Below are positions 39,404-53,200 of a stretch of DNA of 64,000 nucleotides, piece by piece. Every line of letters begins with the position of its first letter. Position 1 is the stretch's first letter. A program made the translations under genes and the position numbers. A model generated the notes under the pieces. It was not told the DNA's origin. It saw only the letters and a list, made by a program, of their open reading frames with translations, and did no database searches. This DNA comes from Camelus dromedarius (taxonomy: Eukaryota): positions 50,036,001-50,100,000 of the forward strand of contig NC_087447.1 of the NCBI RefSeq assembly GCF_036321535.1. The letters run 5' to 3'.

Positions 39404-41939
39404 CTGCTGCCCTGCAAACCAGTGTCCTTGCCTCGGGGCTGAGCTCGGTGTTTCCTCACAGACTCGGGCTGAGGGGAGGTCAGACCACGGGAGGGGATCT
39501 GGGAACGATTTGATAATTAGGCAAGAGGCCCTGACAAGCAGCCTCTGTGGGGTCCATTAGGGGGCCCTGGGGAGGCCTGCGGTGAGGCTGGCCACCCGCC
39601 AACCCTCACCTTCACTGGTCCCCCACTGCCCTCCTGCCCACCCCCTGCCATCCCCCAATAGTCCCTTCTACAGGCCCCTGCTGGCCCCATCCCCCACTAC
39701 CCCCAGCACACTAACAGCTCTGATTGAACAAGGGAGGCGTCCATCCCTCTTCAGCCTCAGACACCTTAGAAAGACTCCTCTGCAGTTCCGTGAGGCTGGC
39801 CCTCTCGTCTACCAGACAGGGCAGCATTTTGTCCAGGGACACACAGTGGGGCCGTGGAGAGCCAGAGCTGGGCTCAGGAGGCTCTCTCTGAGGCACCACT
39901 GCAGTGAGGGTCAGAGCCCCCAGACTCAGAGCAGGCAAGGCTCCTCGAGATGGCAAGCCCTGCCACCCCCCGCCTGGCCTCACCTCACAGCCAATCATGG
40001 TGCTTCAGAGCTGGGCCCCCAGAGAGGAGAGGGGTGCAGACGGCTTTGCCTTCTGCAGAGAGGCCAGAGTCCTGGAGAAACTTGGGCTACAGAGAAGCTG
40101 GGGACCCACAGTCAGGACAGGAGAAGCCATGAGGAACAAGCAAGTGTTGAGGATCAGTCTCTTCATGCCCTCAACTCTGAAGAGAAGAGGAATCAGGCAG
40201 GGGGCAGACATCATCCCCAACCTCCCAGAACTCTGGAATCCTGGAAGGGCTGGCGATGGGTCGGGGACTGACCTTGGCCTCATCTTCTTCATGGAAAAGA
40301 GAGGCATGGCCTACTCTTCCCTTCCCCTCCCAGGGTCCATCGAGGCCCCTGCTCGCGACGCCCTCAGCTGGTGACAGCTGGCAGGAGCTTTAGCAGGGAG
40401 TGATCCCGGGGCTTACCATTGAGCTCCAGCTATTGAATTAATGATCGCCAGTGGTAGGCCAAGCCTTTCGCTGAAACTTCAGTAGCATATACTCACATAA
40501 ACCCCGTATGTCCCAACAGGATTCATAGCAAGGGTCCCACCTGTGAGCTGAGGCTCAAAGACATTCAGAGACTTGCTCAGTTTAGCAGGTGGCAGAACCA
40601 AATAACCAGCAGACCCCTCTGACCCCTGAATCCATGATTTCCCACCCTCTTGCCCCACGCTGCCTCCCACCATCTGGCCTGACCCATGCCCAGGGACCGC
40701 CAACCTGGCAATGAAATGCAGTGTGGGCAGGTGGCTTCTGAGCAGGTGTAGTGGCTTCTGAGTCCACAGCAAGTGTGGAAAACAGTGGGGTGGCATGTGG
40801 CAGGGGTTGGGGGAGGGGTGGTGGTAAAGGTCAGCCGGGCCCATTGCCATGGCCTTGAATGCAGGCTGAGAAGTGGGTTTTACTCCGAGACCAGCTGCTC
40901 CTTGAAGGCCTGGTTCCTTGTTGGTGACCCTGCAGCTCAGAGCCCTGCACAGGACAGGTGCTCACTGAATCCCCAAAGTTTGTCAGACAAAGGCCACTTC
41001 TTCTCCAGGGGACCCCTGGGAAGCCATGAGGCCTTCTCCAAAAAGCCCTCCAGCCCACTTCTGAGTAAAAAAGCTTTTGATGGTTCCTGTGCTGGCAAGT
41101 CACCAGGGGAGTAGGTGGGGGCAGGACAATCAGGGTTGAGGGGGGTCTTCCCTCTGCCTGCCTCTGCTCCCATGCCAGCTCCAAAACAATTCCAGACAGG
41201 CACAACCCGGAGCTTTCAGCGCGTTGGGCATGGAGGTGGGGAATGAGGGGAGAAGGAGGCAGGTACCCAGCTGTGAGGCTGGCCCTCCCCTGCCCTCTCG
41301 GAGCTTCTGGCCCGCCACACCCTCTGCACCCCCCAGTGGATGGGCCAGGGTCTCACCCTGATTTTCGAGCAGCAGGACTTGAGTGTTTTCAACCCTTCAT
41401 CTGGTAGCCAGATCCTCCGGCCCCATGGGGTCCTCTCCTTTGTCCTGAACCCCTTCCTGGCCCAGGGCAAAGACGGCTCCCTGGTGTCACGTGCCCAGCA
41501 GTTGGAGCCCTGGTCTGGGTGGCCAGCCTCCGGAGCCAAGAACCACAAGCATAGGGGCCTGGGAAGCGCTCACCCACGGAGGTGCTGTTGAATCTGTTTG
41601 GGCCCCCCTCGTTGGGGTGTCAGAGTGATTTATGGGCAGATGCAGAGAGGACAGGCTGGGGAAAAATAAGCAGTCTCAAGGCATGATCCGCCCCTCTCCT
41701 TGCCAGCCGCCACCCTGCCACAGATTCAGGAGAAATGGAAAGGGCCTCACTGCTGTGTGACCTCAGGCAGGTCCTTTTTAAATCTGGGCTTCCGCTGCCT
41801 TTGAAATGGGTCTGAAGACCAGCCTCCAATCACAGAATTGCCAGGAGGACCAAGTGAAAAGCTGGATGTCAGGCACCCAGCTCAGAGCCTGGTATAGGGC
41901 AGGTCATTAGTGTGCCCTTGCTCCCCAGCCTGCCATAGC

Positions 41940-42350
41940 TCCCATGCTCCCTCACTCAGCCTGAAATCCTCTCCGACCACCTTCCCCTCGCTCCCTCCAC
42001 TCCAGCGCCACCAGCTCCAGGGCCCCCCTGCCTGGAATACTCACAGTCATGACCACACGATTTGATTCCTCACCCCCAACCTCACTGTAAAGTCTTCCTG
42101 GACAACCTAAATAAAATAGAATCAGTTGTCTCCACTAACTGTCCCCGCTGCTTCAGGCTGTTCTGTTAACTGTCTGCTTAATATTTGCCACCACAAGATT
42201 TTTAAAAAGCTTTATTGATTGATTGATTGATTGATTGAATGTCATTCTCCCCAACTAGAATGTCAGGTCCACCAGGGCAGAGGTTTTATCTCTTGCTTAC
42301 TGAAGAATCCCTAGAACAGGGCCTGAACACAATATACACTCAATAAACGT
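41940..42350 (+). mobile_element. L2 3' fragment with an internal (ATTG)6 microsatellite (42214-42237)
   Basis: 'ctcgctccctccactccagc...tgcctggaatact...caactagaatgtcaggtccaccagggcagaggtttt...ctcaataaacgtggatgg'. Confidence 0.7.
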
Positions 42351-43599
42351 GGATGGGCGTGGGCAGAGTTGGAGCAGTAGGACTCTGGGAGAGGGAAAAT
42401 ACAGGCTGACGGAGCCAGGGAATCATCCTAGGGGAGCTGGGCCTGGAAGGAGGGTTTGGCATTTCCCAGATGTCAGGGGACCGTACTATGGTCTGTGGCA
42501 CAAGCAAGTGCTTGGGAAAGGCATGAACGTGAACATGAACACGGGAAGCAGCCGGGCAGCTGGAGGGGAGAGGAGGGCAGGCAGGGACGAGGTGCAGGGC
42601 AGGTTGGGCTGGACAGCGGGGAGCTGTGCATGGCAGGATTGAAAATAACAGTATATTCTCACACAATTTTTTAAAGATAAGGGGTAGTTTAAAAGAAAGG
42701 AGGCAGTAGACGTCTTAACTAAAACCCCTTAGACAGAGTAGGAAGTAAACTTATCAACCACATAGGAACCTATATAACTGTGATTAAGATGAAGGGTAGC
42801 CCTGAACTTCCTGTTAACCATAGCAATAAAGGAAATAATTATTTGTTAAATTCTTTACGTTGTCTCAACAGAAAAAAAAAGCACGTCCGTTCAGGAGTAA
42901 CTAACTTCGAAGAGTAATTTGTCCTGTGGCCGAGCTGTCAGGGGGAAGAGGGAAAGGAGCTGAAGGGCCCCGGGCGTGAGTCAGGTGCCGTCGCTTACCC
43001 ACCACGTTTCACCCTCGGTGGTGGGTCCCGTGCTACCACTTTTCAACAGTATTTGAAAATCGGGGCTCAGAGATGAGAAGTCACTGGCTGAGGTCATCCA
43101 GCTATTAAGGGGAGCTACTGGGATTCTGACTAAAGACCTTCCAACTCTGAAGGCTGAGGGGAGGGTAACCAGGATGGGGCACTTGGGGCTGAGGGCAGGG
43201 AGGTGGGAAGGGTAGGATGATGGACGGCACTCAGGGCTGGAGGCAGGAGAAGGGCATCTATGTGGAGGCTTCGGGGGGAGGCTGTCCTGCTCCAGAGCAG
43301 CGGCAGCAGCTCCTAGGGGCCTCTGGAGCCTCTGGACTCCCAGCTGCAGATACTTTGAAGCCTCTAAACATGAGGAAGGGAGAAGGATGGACAGGAGTGA
43401 GCATGACAAACACTTTTCTGGAACCAAGACCCAGGGCGCCTAACTTCTTCCCTGGAGGAGCCAATTGTGGCTGCCCTAAAGATGCCCGTTCTCCCCTGGG
43501 ATGGAGAATGTATGTAACAGCCTCCTGCAGGCTTGGACCACTCCCCACCTCTGCTCCGAAGCCCCCAGGACGTCCCACTGCCCTCAGAATCAGCCTGGT

Positions 43600-43830
43600 G
43601 TCCAGACAGTACAACACAGCAGACCTGAGTGCAAACCTTGGCCCTGCACCTCCTTGCTGTGTCACCCTGGGCATTTCCTGTATCTCCCTGGGATGCTTCA
43701 GCTCCTTCATCTGAAAAATAGGGATGCCAATAGTATCTTTGGGAGGATTAAATAAAATGGTGTGTGTAAAGGGCTTGGCACATGTCTGGCACGCAGCAAG
43801 CGCACCAAAAGCATCAGTGGGAATTACTTT
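43600..43830 (+). mobile_element. MIR SINE
   Basis: 'agacctgagtgcaaaccttggccctgcacc...ctgtgtcaccctgggc...catctgaaaaataggga...gaggattaaataaaat...aaagggcttggcaca'. Confidence 0.8.
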
Positions 43831-46054
43831 AACTACAGTGCCTTCCTCCTCACCCCAGCAGCCCCATCCCCAGCAAGATCAGCGTTGTGGTTGGCCATTG
43901 CTGACCTCTCAGGTGTCCCTTCCTGCCCCTCTCCTGTCAGATTGGACCACTTATGTGTCTGGAACTGATACATTTATTGCCCAGAATTGCCCTGAGGGCC
44001 TCTCTGGACAGGTCCTGGATTGAGTTTTGGGGACACAGATGACCCAGACCCCTGCTCACTCTGTGCTCAATCCCCTGAGACAGAAAAGCCCAGGAGCTAT
44101 TGGGGCCTGGTGGGGCCCTGACCCAGTCAGAGGGATCAAGGAAGGCTTCCTGGAGGAGGTGAGGTTTAGCTGATTCTTAAAGAACATCTAACCATCTACC
44201 CATCCATCCAGCCATGTGTCCATCCATCCAACCATCTAACCATCATGGAAGCATTAATTTTTCCATGTATCAATTTGTTCAGCGACCCATCCATCTGTTT
44301 ACCCACTCATTATTTATCTAATAGCGCAGTCACACACAATTTAAGTGATTCGGAGAAGCTAAGCACAAACTCTCCAGCCTAGCAACTTAATCTTTGAGAC
44401 CAGTGAATGTGACCGAAGTCATGTGGTCTAGCTCTCTTCTCCAAGAAGTGACCATTGAGAACCCAGAGGAGATGATCCCCTCCCAAAATCTCCTTGCCCC
44501 CTCCCTAGCTTGGCTCCTCCCCTCCATGGACTGTGTGATCACAGAGCAGGTGAGAGATTGGAGGAGAGTCAGGCCCTACAGAGAGTAATCAGGGGTAGAG
44601 CCTTGTTGTGATCACCAGAGCAGGGTCAGCTGAGAAGGGCAGGGTGAACCTGGTTACACTAGGAAAGGGTCTGAGCCGTAACCTTCCCTGAGGAGTTGTG
44701 ATTCTCCCAGCGAAGGCCTGACTCCAGAGGGAAGCAGCTAGGAGCGTGGAATCCCAGGCAAGGAGGCTTCAAGCTTCCTCCAGTCTTACCAGAGAGGCAA
44801 AACCTCTGCGTAGACAGAGCAGGAAGGACAGGCTAGAGCCTCAGGAATATTGGGAAAAAGAAAGAGGCCCCATGGCCAGGAGGGCATCCTCTGTCCCAGC
44901 ACCCTGCACAGAGCAGCTAGGAAGAATAGTGGGCAGGGGGGAGAAGACTGCCATTTGCTGGACACTGCAGTGGGCCAGGCCCTGTGAGGTGTGCTGGGTC
45001 ACAGCTGCATGAAAAGAAAAGAAACAGAAGCAGAAGGTTGAGGCACTTGGCCCACGCTAAGGATTCCCACCAGGTCTGCCTGGTTGCAGTGAGCTTGGAG
45101 GGGCTCGTGGGGAGCTTGCCACCCAGCTCAGGGAGGGGAAAGCTCACCTTCTCCCAGTCAGCCCAGTGGGGGTGACTGGAACCCTCAGCCAGTTCAGCTG
45201 CCCACCAGAGCCTGTTTCCTCAGCCTCACTTTCCAATTCCATAGGGAGGTGGAGACAGAGTGGGAGGGATGGTTAGGGGACACCCTGTCTGTGCAGGGAC
45301 ACTGGCAGGTGCTGTGGTCACCATTCCTTGGGAGGGGTGCGCAGCAAGTGTTCAGAACCGGAGCCCTGGGGTGAGGGGCACTACAGACTTGACCCAGGGG
45401 CCACTGAACAAGGGCTGCCCCTGCCCCACTTCCCCACACGTGGGGAGACAGAGGCCAAGGGGCAGGGGCTGTTCAGGGCCCACAGTGAGGCAGAGGCGTT
45501 GGGGCCGCCTAGGGCCCAGTCTTGAGATGATCTAAGCCAGCCAGGCTCCGTTTAGAAGACGCAGATCCCGATCCCTTCGGCCAAACCTCCTTGCTGTTCT
45601 CTTCATCTCAGCGTTCACCGAGTCCTCCCCTGGGCCCTGCCTTGTACGAATATTGAAACAGGACAGCTGGGGGTTGACCACATAGAGTGAGTAGTGCTAT
45701 TTCAGAGGGAGCCCAGGGGCCATGGGTACAAAACTCTCTGCCTGCAGAAGCCAGGGGCTACTTCCCAGCGACACAGGGTGTGGCAGGATCAAAGAAGTTT
45801 CCAGGTTGCCTAGAAATAGCCAGGGGGGATGATGTGGGCACAGGCCTGGAGACATAAGAAATGTGGAGCTTGGGGGAGGTGGTGGGGGAAGAACAGAGGG
45901 GATGTGAGTGTCCAGAGGAGCAGGCTGGTGGTGTGCAGATCAGAGTGGCCTTCATGCCAGGCTGAGGAGCTAGGACCTACTCTGCAGGTGATGGGGAGCC
46001 ATGGAGGGTGTTATACAGGACAGTGAAGAGGTAGGGTGTGTGTGCTAGAGCAGC

Positions 46055-46180
46055 TCTTAGTTTCCAGCATCAGAAACACTCGGAGGGTTTGCTAAAAATG
46101 CAGATCTCTGGGCTTAACCCCCAGAGTGCTGTTTCTGTCGAGCTGGGGTGGGGGCCTGAGATTTGCTTTTCTAACATATG
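46055..46180. mobile_element. MER5A/B hAT fragment
   Basis: 'catcagaaacactcggagggtttgctaaaaatgcagatctctgggc...ctggggtggggcctgagatttgcttttctaaca'. Confidence 0.7.
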
Positions 46181-48149
46181 GGATGGGGAATGATCGGGCT
46201 TCCCATTCATGGAGATGGGAACCCAGGTGGGCTCAGGACTGGGGATGAGCAGGGGAAGATAAGCCTTAACGCTCCCAGAGAACCCATAGGAACCCATGCA
46301 TGGGCTTGAGGCCAGGGGCAGGGACAGGGGTCTGGCTGTAGAGAAAGGGGGAGGAGACTGGGGTACAACGGGTCCCTGCCCCAACCCGGGGGGAGGCCTC
46401 CCTCACAGGCGGGGCTGGCCCAAGCTCTGCAGCAATGGCTCCCCAGGCATAGGACCAACACTCTGCAGTCAGACCCAGACCTGAGTTCAGCCACCTGCTG
46501 CTCTCTGTGACGCTGGGCAAGTCTTACCCTTCCGAGCCCAGGTTTCCCATCTAAAATGGGGGCAGTATTCCCTGTGTGAGCAGTGCGCCCCCGCCTGCTG
46601 GGGTTGCTGGTGTTATTGTTGTTGTCATTATCACTGCCACTACTTCAGGGAAGGGCAGCTTGGCAGGAGGACGGGATGCCCTAGCCCAGAGGAATAATGA
46701 ATGGTGGCACTTCAGGCACCATAACAGGTTCATGCAAAAAAATTTGCAATGGGGGCCCTAGGACATGGTGGGGAGCAGGGGCTCATGCTCCTCAGTGATG
46801 TGGCTCCTGGCATGGGGCCTGGGGCAGGGCCACTGGGCCAGGATCTGAGCTCTGCTCCTTTCTGCACAGACCAAATATTTGGGCTTGTCCTTTCCCCTCT
46901 GGTATGGCCACTCTGGCTTCTGGGGCTGTGGGGAGAGAGGGAGGACCCTGCCTCCAGGGCGAAGCGGGAGGGGCGGCTGAGATTCATCACAGCAGGCCCT
47001 GCTGAGCCGGGGCCCCGTCAAAGGCCAGAGCATGGCCGGGCACCCTGCCTCTGACACAGTGGGACCTGGCACAGTCCTGCCCTTCTGGGCCTCAGTCTCC
47101 GCATCTGCAGAGTGTGGGGGGGGGGGGGCAGGGTTGGAGGGCTGATTTCCAAGACCCTTCTGCCTCTCTAGTGACCTCGGCCTCTCTGAACTACCCAACA
47201 GGGCACCTCAGTGAGAAGCTGCAAGAGGAACCAGGCCAATCCCTCCTGAGCAGGGCAGTGGGAAGACCCAGTGACAACACACATGGAGGCCCTTTACCAA
47301 GGGTGGAAGGCCTCGGAGGGACTCTACTCATCAGGGGGGCATTTGGGTCGGGGAAGGTTAGGCTTACATGAGATCATCTCCCAATGCCACTCCTCCCCTC
47401 CCCGAAATCATAAAAACTGACCATTTATAAACCCCTGCTCTGCCGGCATTGTGGCCAGGCCTAGAGTTATCTAGTGTGAGCTCACAGCAATCCAAAGATG
47501 TAGGTGTTGTTATTCACGCAATTATAGAGATGAACAAATGGAGGCTCAGAAAGCTTATCCCAGGCCACGAAGCCAGCGAGGGCAGAGCCGGGAGTCAGTC
47601 AGGTCTGGCCAACCGGAAAGTGTGCTCCTAACCACAGCAGTGCTCCTGGCCCCTCCGGCGGCAGAATTCTCTCTCCACCGTGCTCCCTTACCCCCTGCAG
47701 GTGAGCCGGAACTGGCTTTCCTGTGTCCCCAGCACTAAGCATAGTGTGGGGCATGGAACCCAAATCCAGGGAAGCTTCAGGGAAAGACAGAGTGGGAACT
47801 GCTGGCTAAGCTCTGGCTGCATGATCCAGCTTGGTGTGGTGCTCAGTGCCTTACCCATAGAGGTCAGGAGAGGCCTGGGCTCACTCCCATTTTCAGCTGA
47901 GGAAATGGAGTCTTGGGAGTCGAAACTTGTCCAGAGTCACTCAGCTTGTAAAGGGTAGTGGCAGGGGTAAAACCCTGGCTGTGTGTCTCTAATGGGCCAC
48001 GCCCTTACCTGCTGTACTGCACAGACTCTCCGCGGAGTTTGTACCTTTCAGGTGTGCTCTGGAGAGACAGAGAGAGGTTGGGGCGCTGTCTGGTGTGTGG
48101 GGCTGGACATATGTTGAGTGGGAGGTAAGTTGTATGTGTGCAGGAGGTG

Positions 48150-48285
48150 GTGAGTGTCTGTTTCCCTTTGCTCCAGAAATGGATTAATGGATTGTATCTA
48201 TCAAATCCATCAAACTGTACATCTGAAATACATGTGGTTTACTCCACAGGAATTATACCACAATGAAGGTATTAAAAGAAAAAAG
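48150..48285 (+). mobile_element. Extreme 3' end of an old L1 (L1ME-type)
   Basis: 'tcaaatccatcaaactgtacatctgaaatacatgtggtttact...aattataccacaatgaag' followed by an A-rich tail. Confidence 0.6.
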
Positions 48286-50084
48286 ACCCAGCCTGGGTTG
48301 TGCCAAGACAGGGATGTAGAGGGAGATTATCTGTAAACCGTTCCTGAGGATCTAGGTCCCCAGCCCTGAGGGGTAACAGCGGGTCTGTTTGTGGGGAGAA
48401 GAGCCCTCAGGGGCTGCAGGAGGGAAGGACAGCAACTCTCAGGAGAGGAACAACCCTGAACCCAAGGGGCAGGGGGGCTGCTGGTGGATGTCACCTGGAT
48501 CACCGAGGATGAGCCTATTACAGACCTGCAGGGAAACCACCCAGACGAGCAGCCTGCCCCAGGAGGAGGCCTTGGGTCAGATGGTGCCCAGGATGCCTGA
48601 TCTTTGACCCAGAAACATCCAAGGAAATGCTGAGTAGGACCAGGGTCTGCAGCAAGCAGGCTTCCTCCCTTTCTGGGGTCAGACGGGACAGGAAGTGAGG
48701 ACATCTCTTTGGGGTGGAGAAAACCACAATGACCCTCCCATTTCAGGTGGAGAAAAGCAAAGGTATACAGTTTGGGATTCTTCAGATTCTAGACATGCTA
48801 GATTCTTAGCATCCTCCAGTCCTGGGTCCTGAACTCCCAGGACCGTGGAATGTTCCAGGTGGAGGTGCAGAATCTAAGAAAAGTGAACCAGAATCCTTGA
48901 GTCAGAAGGGCCTTCAAGAGCAGCCTAATGGGCTGCTATCCCAGCATCTCTCAGCCAACTTTTTCCTCCACAGCCCCGTGGGGACGGCACACTTGTATAG
49001 ATGCAAAGATGACGGAGACATAAAATAAACACTTGGGTTTAACGGCAGCCATGCCCCTGTCCAGGAGCACTGGAGTCTGGGCCTCTTGCTAGCCCTGTCC
49101 CCACTGCCAGCCTGGCCAGGGATGTCTGGGCTGGTTGTGTGATCTGTCACCTCCTCCCCCTCCACCCCTGCCCCAGCCCTTCAGCCCCCTCATCTGGGCC
49201 CCCGAGGGATCCCAGAAGGTGAGACAAGGGGGACCAAGGGTCCCATAAGAAGAGTCTTCAGCAGCCACAGACCTGGGGAGTGGAGCGGATATTGATTTGG
49301 TCTACGGGAGCAAAGAGACCCATTAAACGTGCGGCTGTTAAATTGCTCTGCCTGAATGAAGTCAGCCATCTCTGAGGGCAGGCGGCGGACAACCAGCCCG
49401 CAGCTAGTGCCCTGGTGGGGGTGGTTGTAGACACCTGGCTCTGACCTTCCGACCCGGGGCCGGGGGCAGCCTGGCTTGGACCTGTGCTGCCCTGGGGCCC
49501 ACAGGCCCCTGAGCTCCAGCCACACCTCACGTCTTGGCCTCCTCCAAGCAAACCCTGCTGCCGTGCCTTTGCTCATGCAGACCTCCTGTTGCCTCCTTCT
49601 CCACCTCCAGACCCAGTGCAAACAGCACCTCCTCTGAGAAGTCTTTCCGACTTTCCACTCCCTACCCAAATACCCTGAGAGAAGTGGGCTTTTCCTCTCC
49701 CCAATTCCCAAAGGCCCCAGGACTCAGCCGGGCTTCTGACTTCAGCCACCTCTGCTACACTAGCTGGGAGTCAAGGGCCCCATAAAGGGGAACACATGCG
49801 CTTCACCCCCTCACCCCAACACAGGTGGGTCTTGGGAGCCCAGGCACCCTGTGAGCTCCTCCGCCAGAGAAGAGGGGGCAGGAAGCGTTAGCTGAGCTAC
49901 GGCCTGATGGCCATGGAGATGGGGCATCCAATCTCTGCACCTGTCCCCAGTCCCTGTGACAGATGTCAAGAACTGCTCAATCTTAAATTGTTCCCACTCC
50001 CTCTGTGTGATGCCTTGTCCTGCCATTCCAGTGGCTCAAGATCAACTACCCACTCAGCTGCTCCTTCTCTGGGATGCCCATCAT

Positions 50085-50250
50085 GAACTTGGAGCCAGGC
50101 AGTCTGGAGCTTGAATCCTTGCTCTGCCACTGATGGCTCTGTAAACCTTGGGCCATCACTTGTCTCTCTGTGCCTCAGTTTCCTCATCAATAAAACAGGG
50201 ATACTGGACCCTACCCCCCAGAATGGTTGTGAGAATTAAATGAGACAACT
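50085..50250 (+). mobile_element. MIR SINE
   Basis: 'ttggagccaggcagtctggagcttgaatccttgctctgccact...ctctgtgcctcagtttcctcatc...ggttgtgagaattaaatgaga'. Confidence 0.8.
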
Positions 50251-53200
50251 GCAGCAGAAGTCCAGAGAGGGCCAGTGGCTGCCTGGGATCACACAGCAAA
50301 AGAGTGGAAAAAATGCTGGACTTCCTGTTTCCCAGTCCCAAACTCCCCTTACCCAATCCAGCCCCTCTTGGGTCTGGGGTCCCAGGTGGAGGCCTGCATC
50401 CTGCTGGGGGCCTGGTCTGTGTAACCTGGCAGTTGGTCTCCATGACCTAAGGAACAACAGACCATCTGCCTGTTCAGGGCCAAGCCCAGTCTCTCCGTCA
50501 TTGTTCCTCTGGTCTGACCTGGCCTCCCCAGGGGGGCCTTATCTGCCCATTCTCTCTTTTCCCACCAAACTAATCTCTCCCTCTTTTCAAGAGTTCCTGT
50601 TTCCTCTCTGCCGCCTTCTTGTCTCTCTCCCCAGGCCCTTACGCTCTGTGTCTCTGGCTGGCCTGATACACTTGATTCAGAAGCCTCCTCAAAGCGGATA
50701 GTACTCTCATCCCCGTGGAGTTTCCATCTCTCGGGCTTTCCCAGTCTGGGACTGCTGCCCCCGTAGGAGGAGGGAGATGGAGCACGGTCCAGGCCAGGAA
50801 TCCTGCTGGTTACACACGTTCTGAAACCCACAGATCAATACCTAGGCCTTTAAATTCTTTGGGTTGGCTATTGGCCTGAGGGGACTCTACAGGGCTTCCA
50901 AAGCAATGCCTTGAGGATTTTTACTCCAAAAGAGGTGCCAAGATTTTATGGTTCTTAATCTCTGAATACAATGAAATCCTGAGACACCAGAGCTCTGAGT
51001 TTCTGGAATTCACACTGGTGAAGGCCCTGCTCCTGCCTCACCTGAGTCAGGGCTCAGCTTAGCTGCGTGCTTAGAACCTTGACTTGGCCAAGGAGGACAG
51101 TCCAAAGAGCAGCTCTCCACGGCCCCTTGGTTGCCCAGCCCCTGACCAGCTACTAGTTACAGGGCTTCATTGCAGGCTCGGCACTGGCCAGTGGCAGGTG
51201 CAGAAGGCCCACTGAGTCAGGAGCACATCTGGGTCTCCTGTTCCGAGCTGCAAACAGCCCTCTGCTTTCCACACTGCTCTCCTCATCCCTAGCTGGAGGG
51301 AGGTCGTGTGAGAAAGAGTTTGGTGTCAGACGTGCCTGGGCTTCCAGCCCTGCACTGCTGCTATGAGCTTACTGGGAGATCTGGGCCAAGTGGCCTCCCC
51401 TCTCAGAGCCTCACTTTTCTTATCTGTCAAAAGGAGGTAACAATGCCCACCCAGAACCTGCTGTGAAGATGTCTTGGGACAATGTGTTTGGAACAGCACA
51501 CAGTATTCAACAACTGGTAACATTTATATTATTACAACCACCCTCTCTGAGAGTCATTCTGGGTCGTTCGTGTGGTTTCCCCATTTGCTTCTCCTGGTTA
51601 AGGTCCAAAAGACACCCCCAAATTTAACATTTCCAAGACATATAATCAGCTCCCAGTGTGCCATCCCTGGACCCCCACAGGTGCTATGGGCTGATTCCAG
51701 CCCATGAGGAGGCCCTAGACAGGTAGGGGAGGCAGACACATACACAACACAGACCTCTACAACACCTTGGCTCAGATCAATGTGAAAGAGGAGCACAGAG
51801 GCCGCAGGAACCCAGAGGAGGCCAGTGGCCCAGACTGAGGATAGTTAGGGAAGACTTCCTGGAGGAGGGGACCATTTACATGGGCCTTAGAGGAAGAGTG
51901 GGCAGTGGCTGGTCACTGTGAACATGAATGTTATGGCTGCTTTAAAAGTTTAAAGGGCTGTCTAGAGCTCAAGCGACTGGTGAAGGCTTTGTAGAGACAA
52001 CTCTGAAGGCTGAGTGGGATTCCAACAGGGAAAAGGACACTCCAAGCCTGTGCTGAAGAACAGCAGATACCCAGAGGCAGGCGGAACAGAGAAGATGCCT
52101 GGAGAGTTGCAAAAAATGTGACTGGAAGAGTCACCTGGGGTTTAGGGGAGGGGCCTTGTATGCCAGACCAGGGAACTGGGGATTGTTTTCGTGGGCCATG
52201 GGACACCAGTGTGGAGCAGGGGCAGCCCTGGGCTTGGGAGAGCACATACTCTGGTACTTGTTCAATGGAGGCTGAGTTTTTGGCAGAGACGCTGGTGGGA
52301 GGCCTGCCTGGGATGCCTCACCTCCAGCCCTATGCCTCTTATCAGCTCTCTGACCACAGGAAAGGCCCTTCCCATCTTGGAATTTCCTCATCTGCAAAAC
52401 AGACCGAGAGACCAGAAGACTAATCTCAAGGTTCCCTCCAGCCTGTGAGTCTGTGACTTGGGTCATGCCCACTACATGCTTTCAGGCAGGGACTCGGAGG
52501 ATGGCCACAGTGCCCTCCCTCTTCTCACCCTGTGATTGTTCCAGCCTCTGCAAGCAAGTCCCTGCCATCCCAGGTTGTGTCGCTCTTGCTTCAGCATTTG
52601 TGTCTCCTCCACGTGCATGGAAATTCAGTTTGTAACATTCTCTTACATCCTTTGTCTTATGTGGTCACCCCACAGCCAGGGCAGATACAGGTGATTAATA
52701 ACTACACCCATTTGGGGACCTACCATGGGCCAGGCCCCAGGATACTCTTTACTTGAACAGTGCCGCCCGCATCTCAGGAAGTGAGGCTGAAGTTCAGAGA
52801 TTGACAGTGCTGTGTGTGCTAGGACTCCCACTCTCCTGAGACCCTGTGTTCATTTGGCAACCGCCAAGACCCCTAGAATTTCCCATCTCCCTGGCTGTTA
52901 CCTTTTAGTCTCTTCCCTTCTTTTCATCTTTATCTCCCTGACCTTCAAAGTGGAGGTGCCCCAGGCCCAAGCCCTGGTCCTCTTTGCTTTTCTATCCCGC
53001 CCCTTAATGATGATGTCCAAATGTGCATCTCAGCCCCTGCTTCTCCCCAGAACCCCAGACTCGACTATCTGTCCATCTATTCAGTATTTCCACTTGGGAC
53101 CGAACCAACATCACAATCTCCACCAAGCCCGAACCCCAGTCTTCTCTCCACCCATGTCCCAGCATTCTTCCAAGTACTCAGCCAAAACCCTTGTAGTCCT

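Noticed and set aside
39582..40271. 229-aa ORF, and similar long ORFs at 28000-28677, 56117-56821 and 49190-49711
   Set aside because: Pro/Gly/Arg/Ser-rich with no recognisable domain, no supported exon structure, and some overlap MIR or microsatellite sequence; expected by chance in GC-rich DNA
42640..42920. AT-rich island in GC-rich DNA that might be an insertion or regulatory element
   Set aside because: Most likely a decayed old L1 fragment; no supportable independent feature
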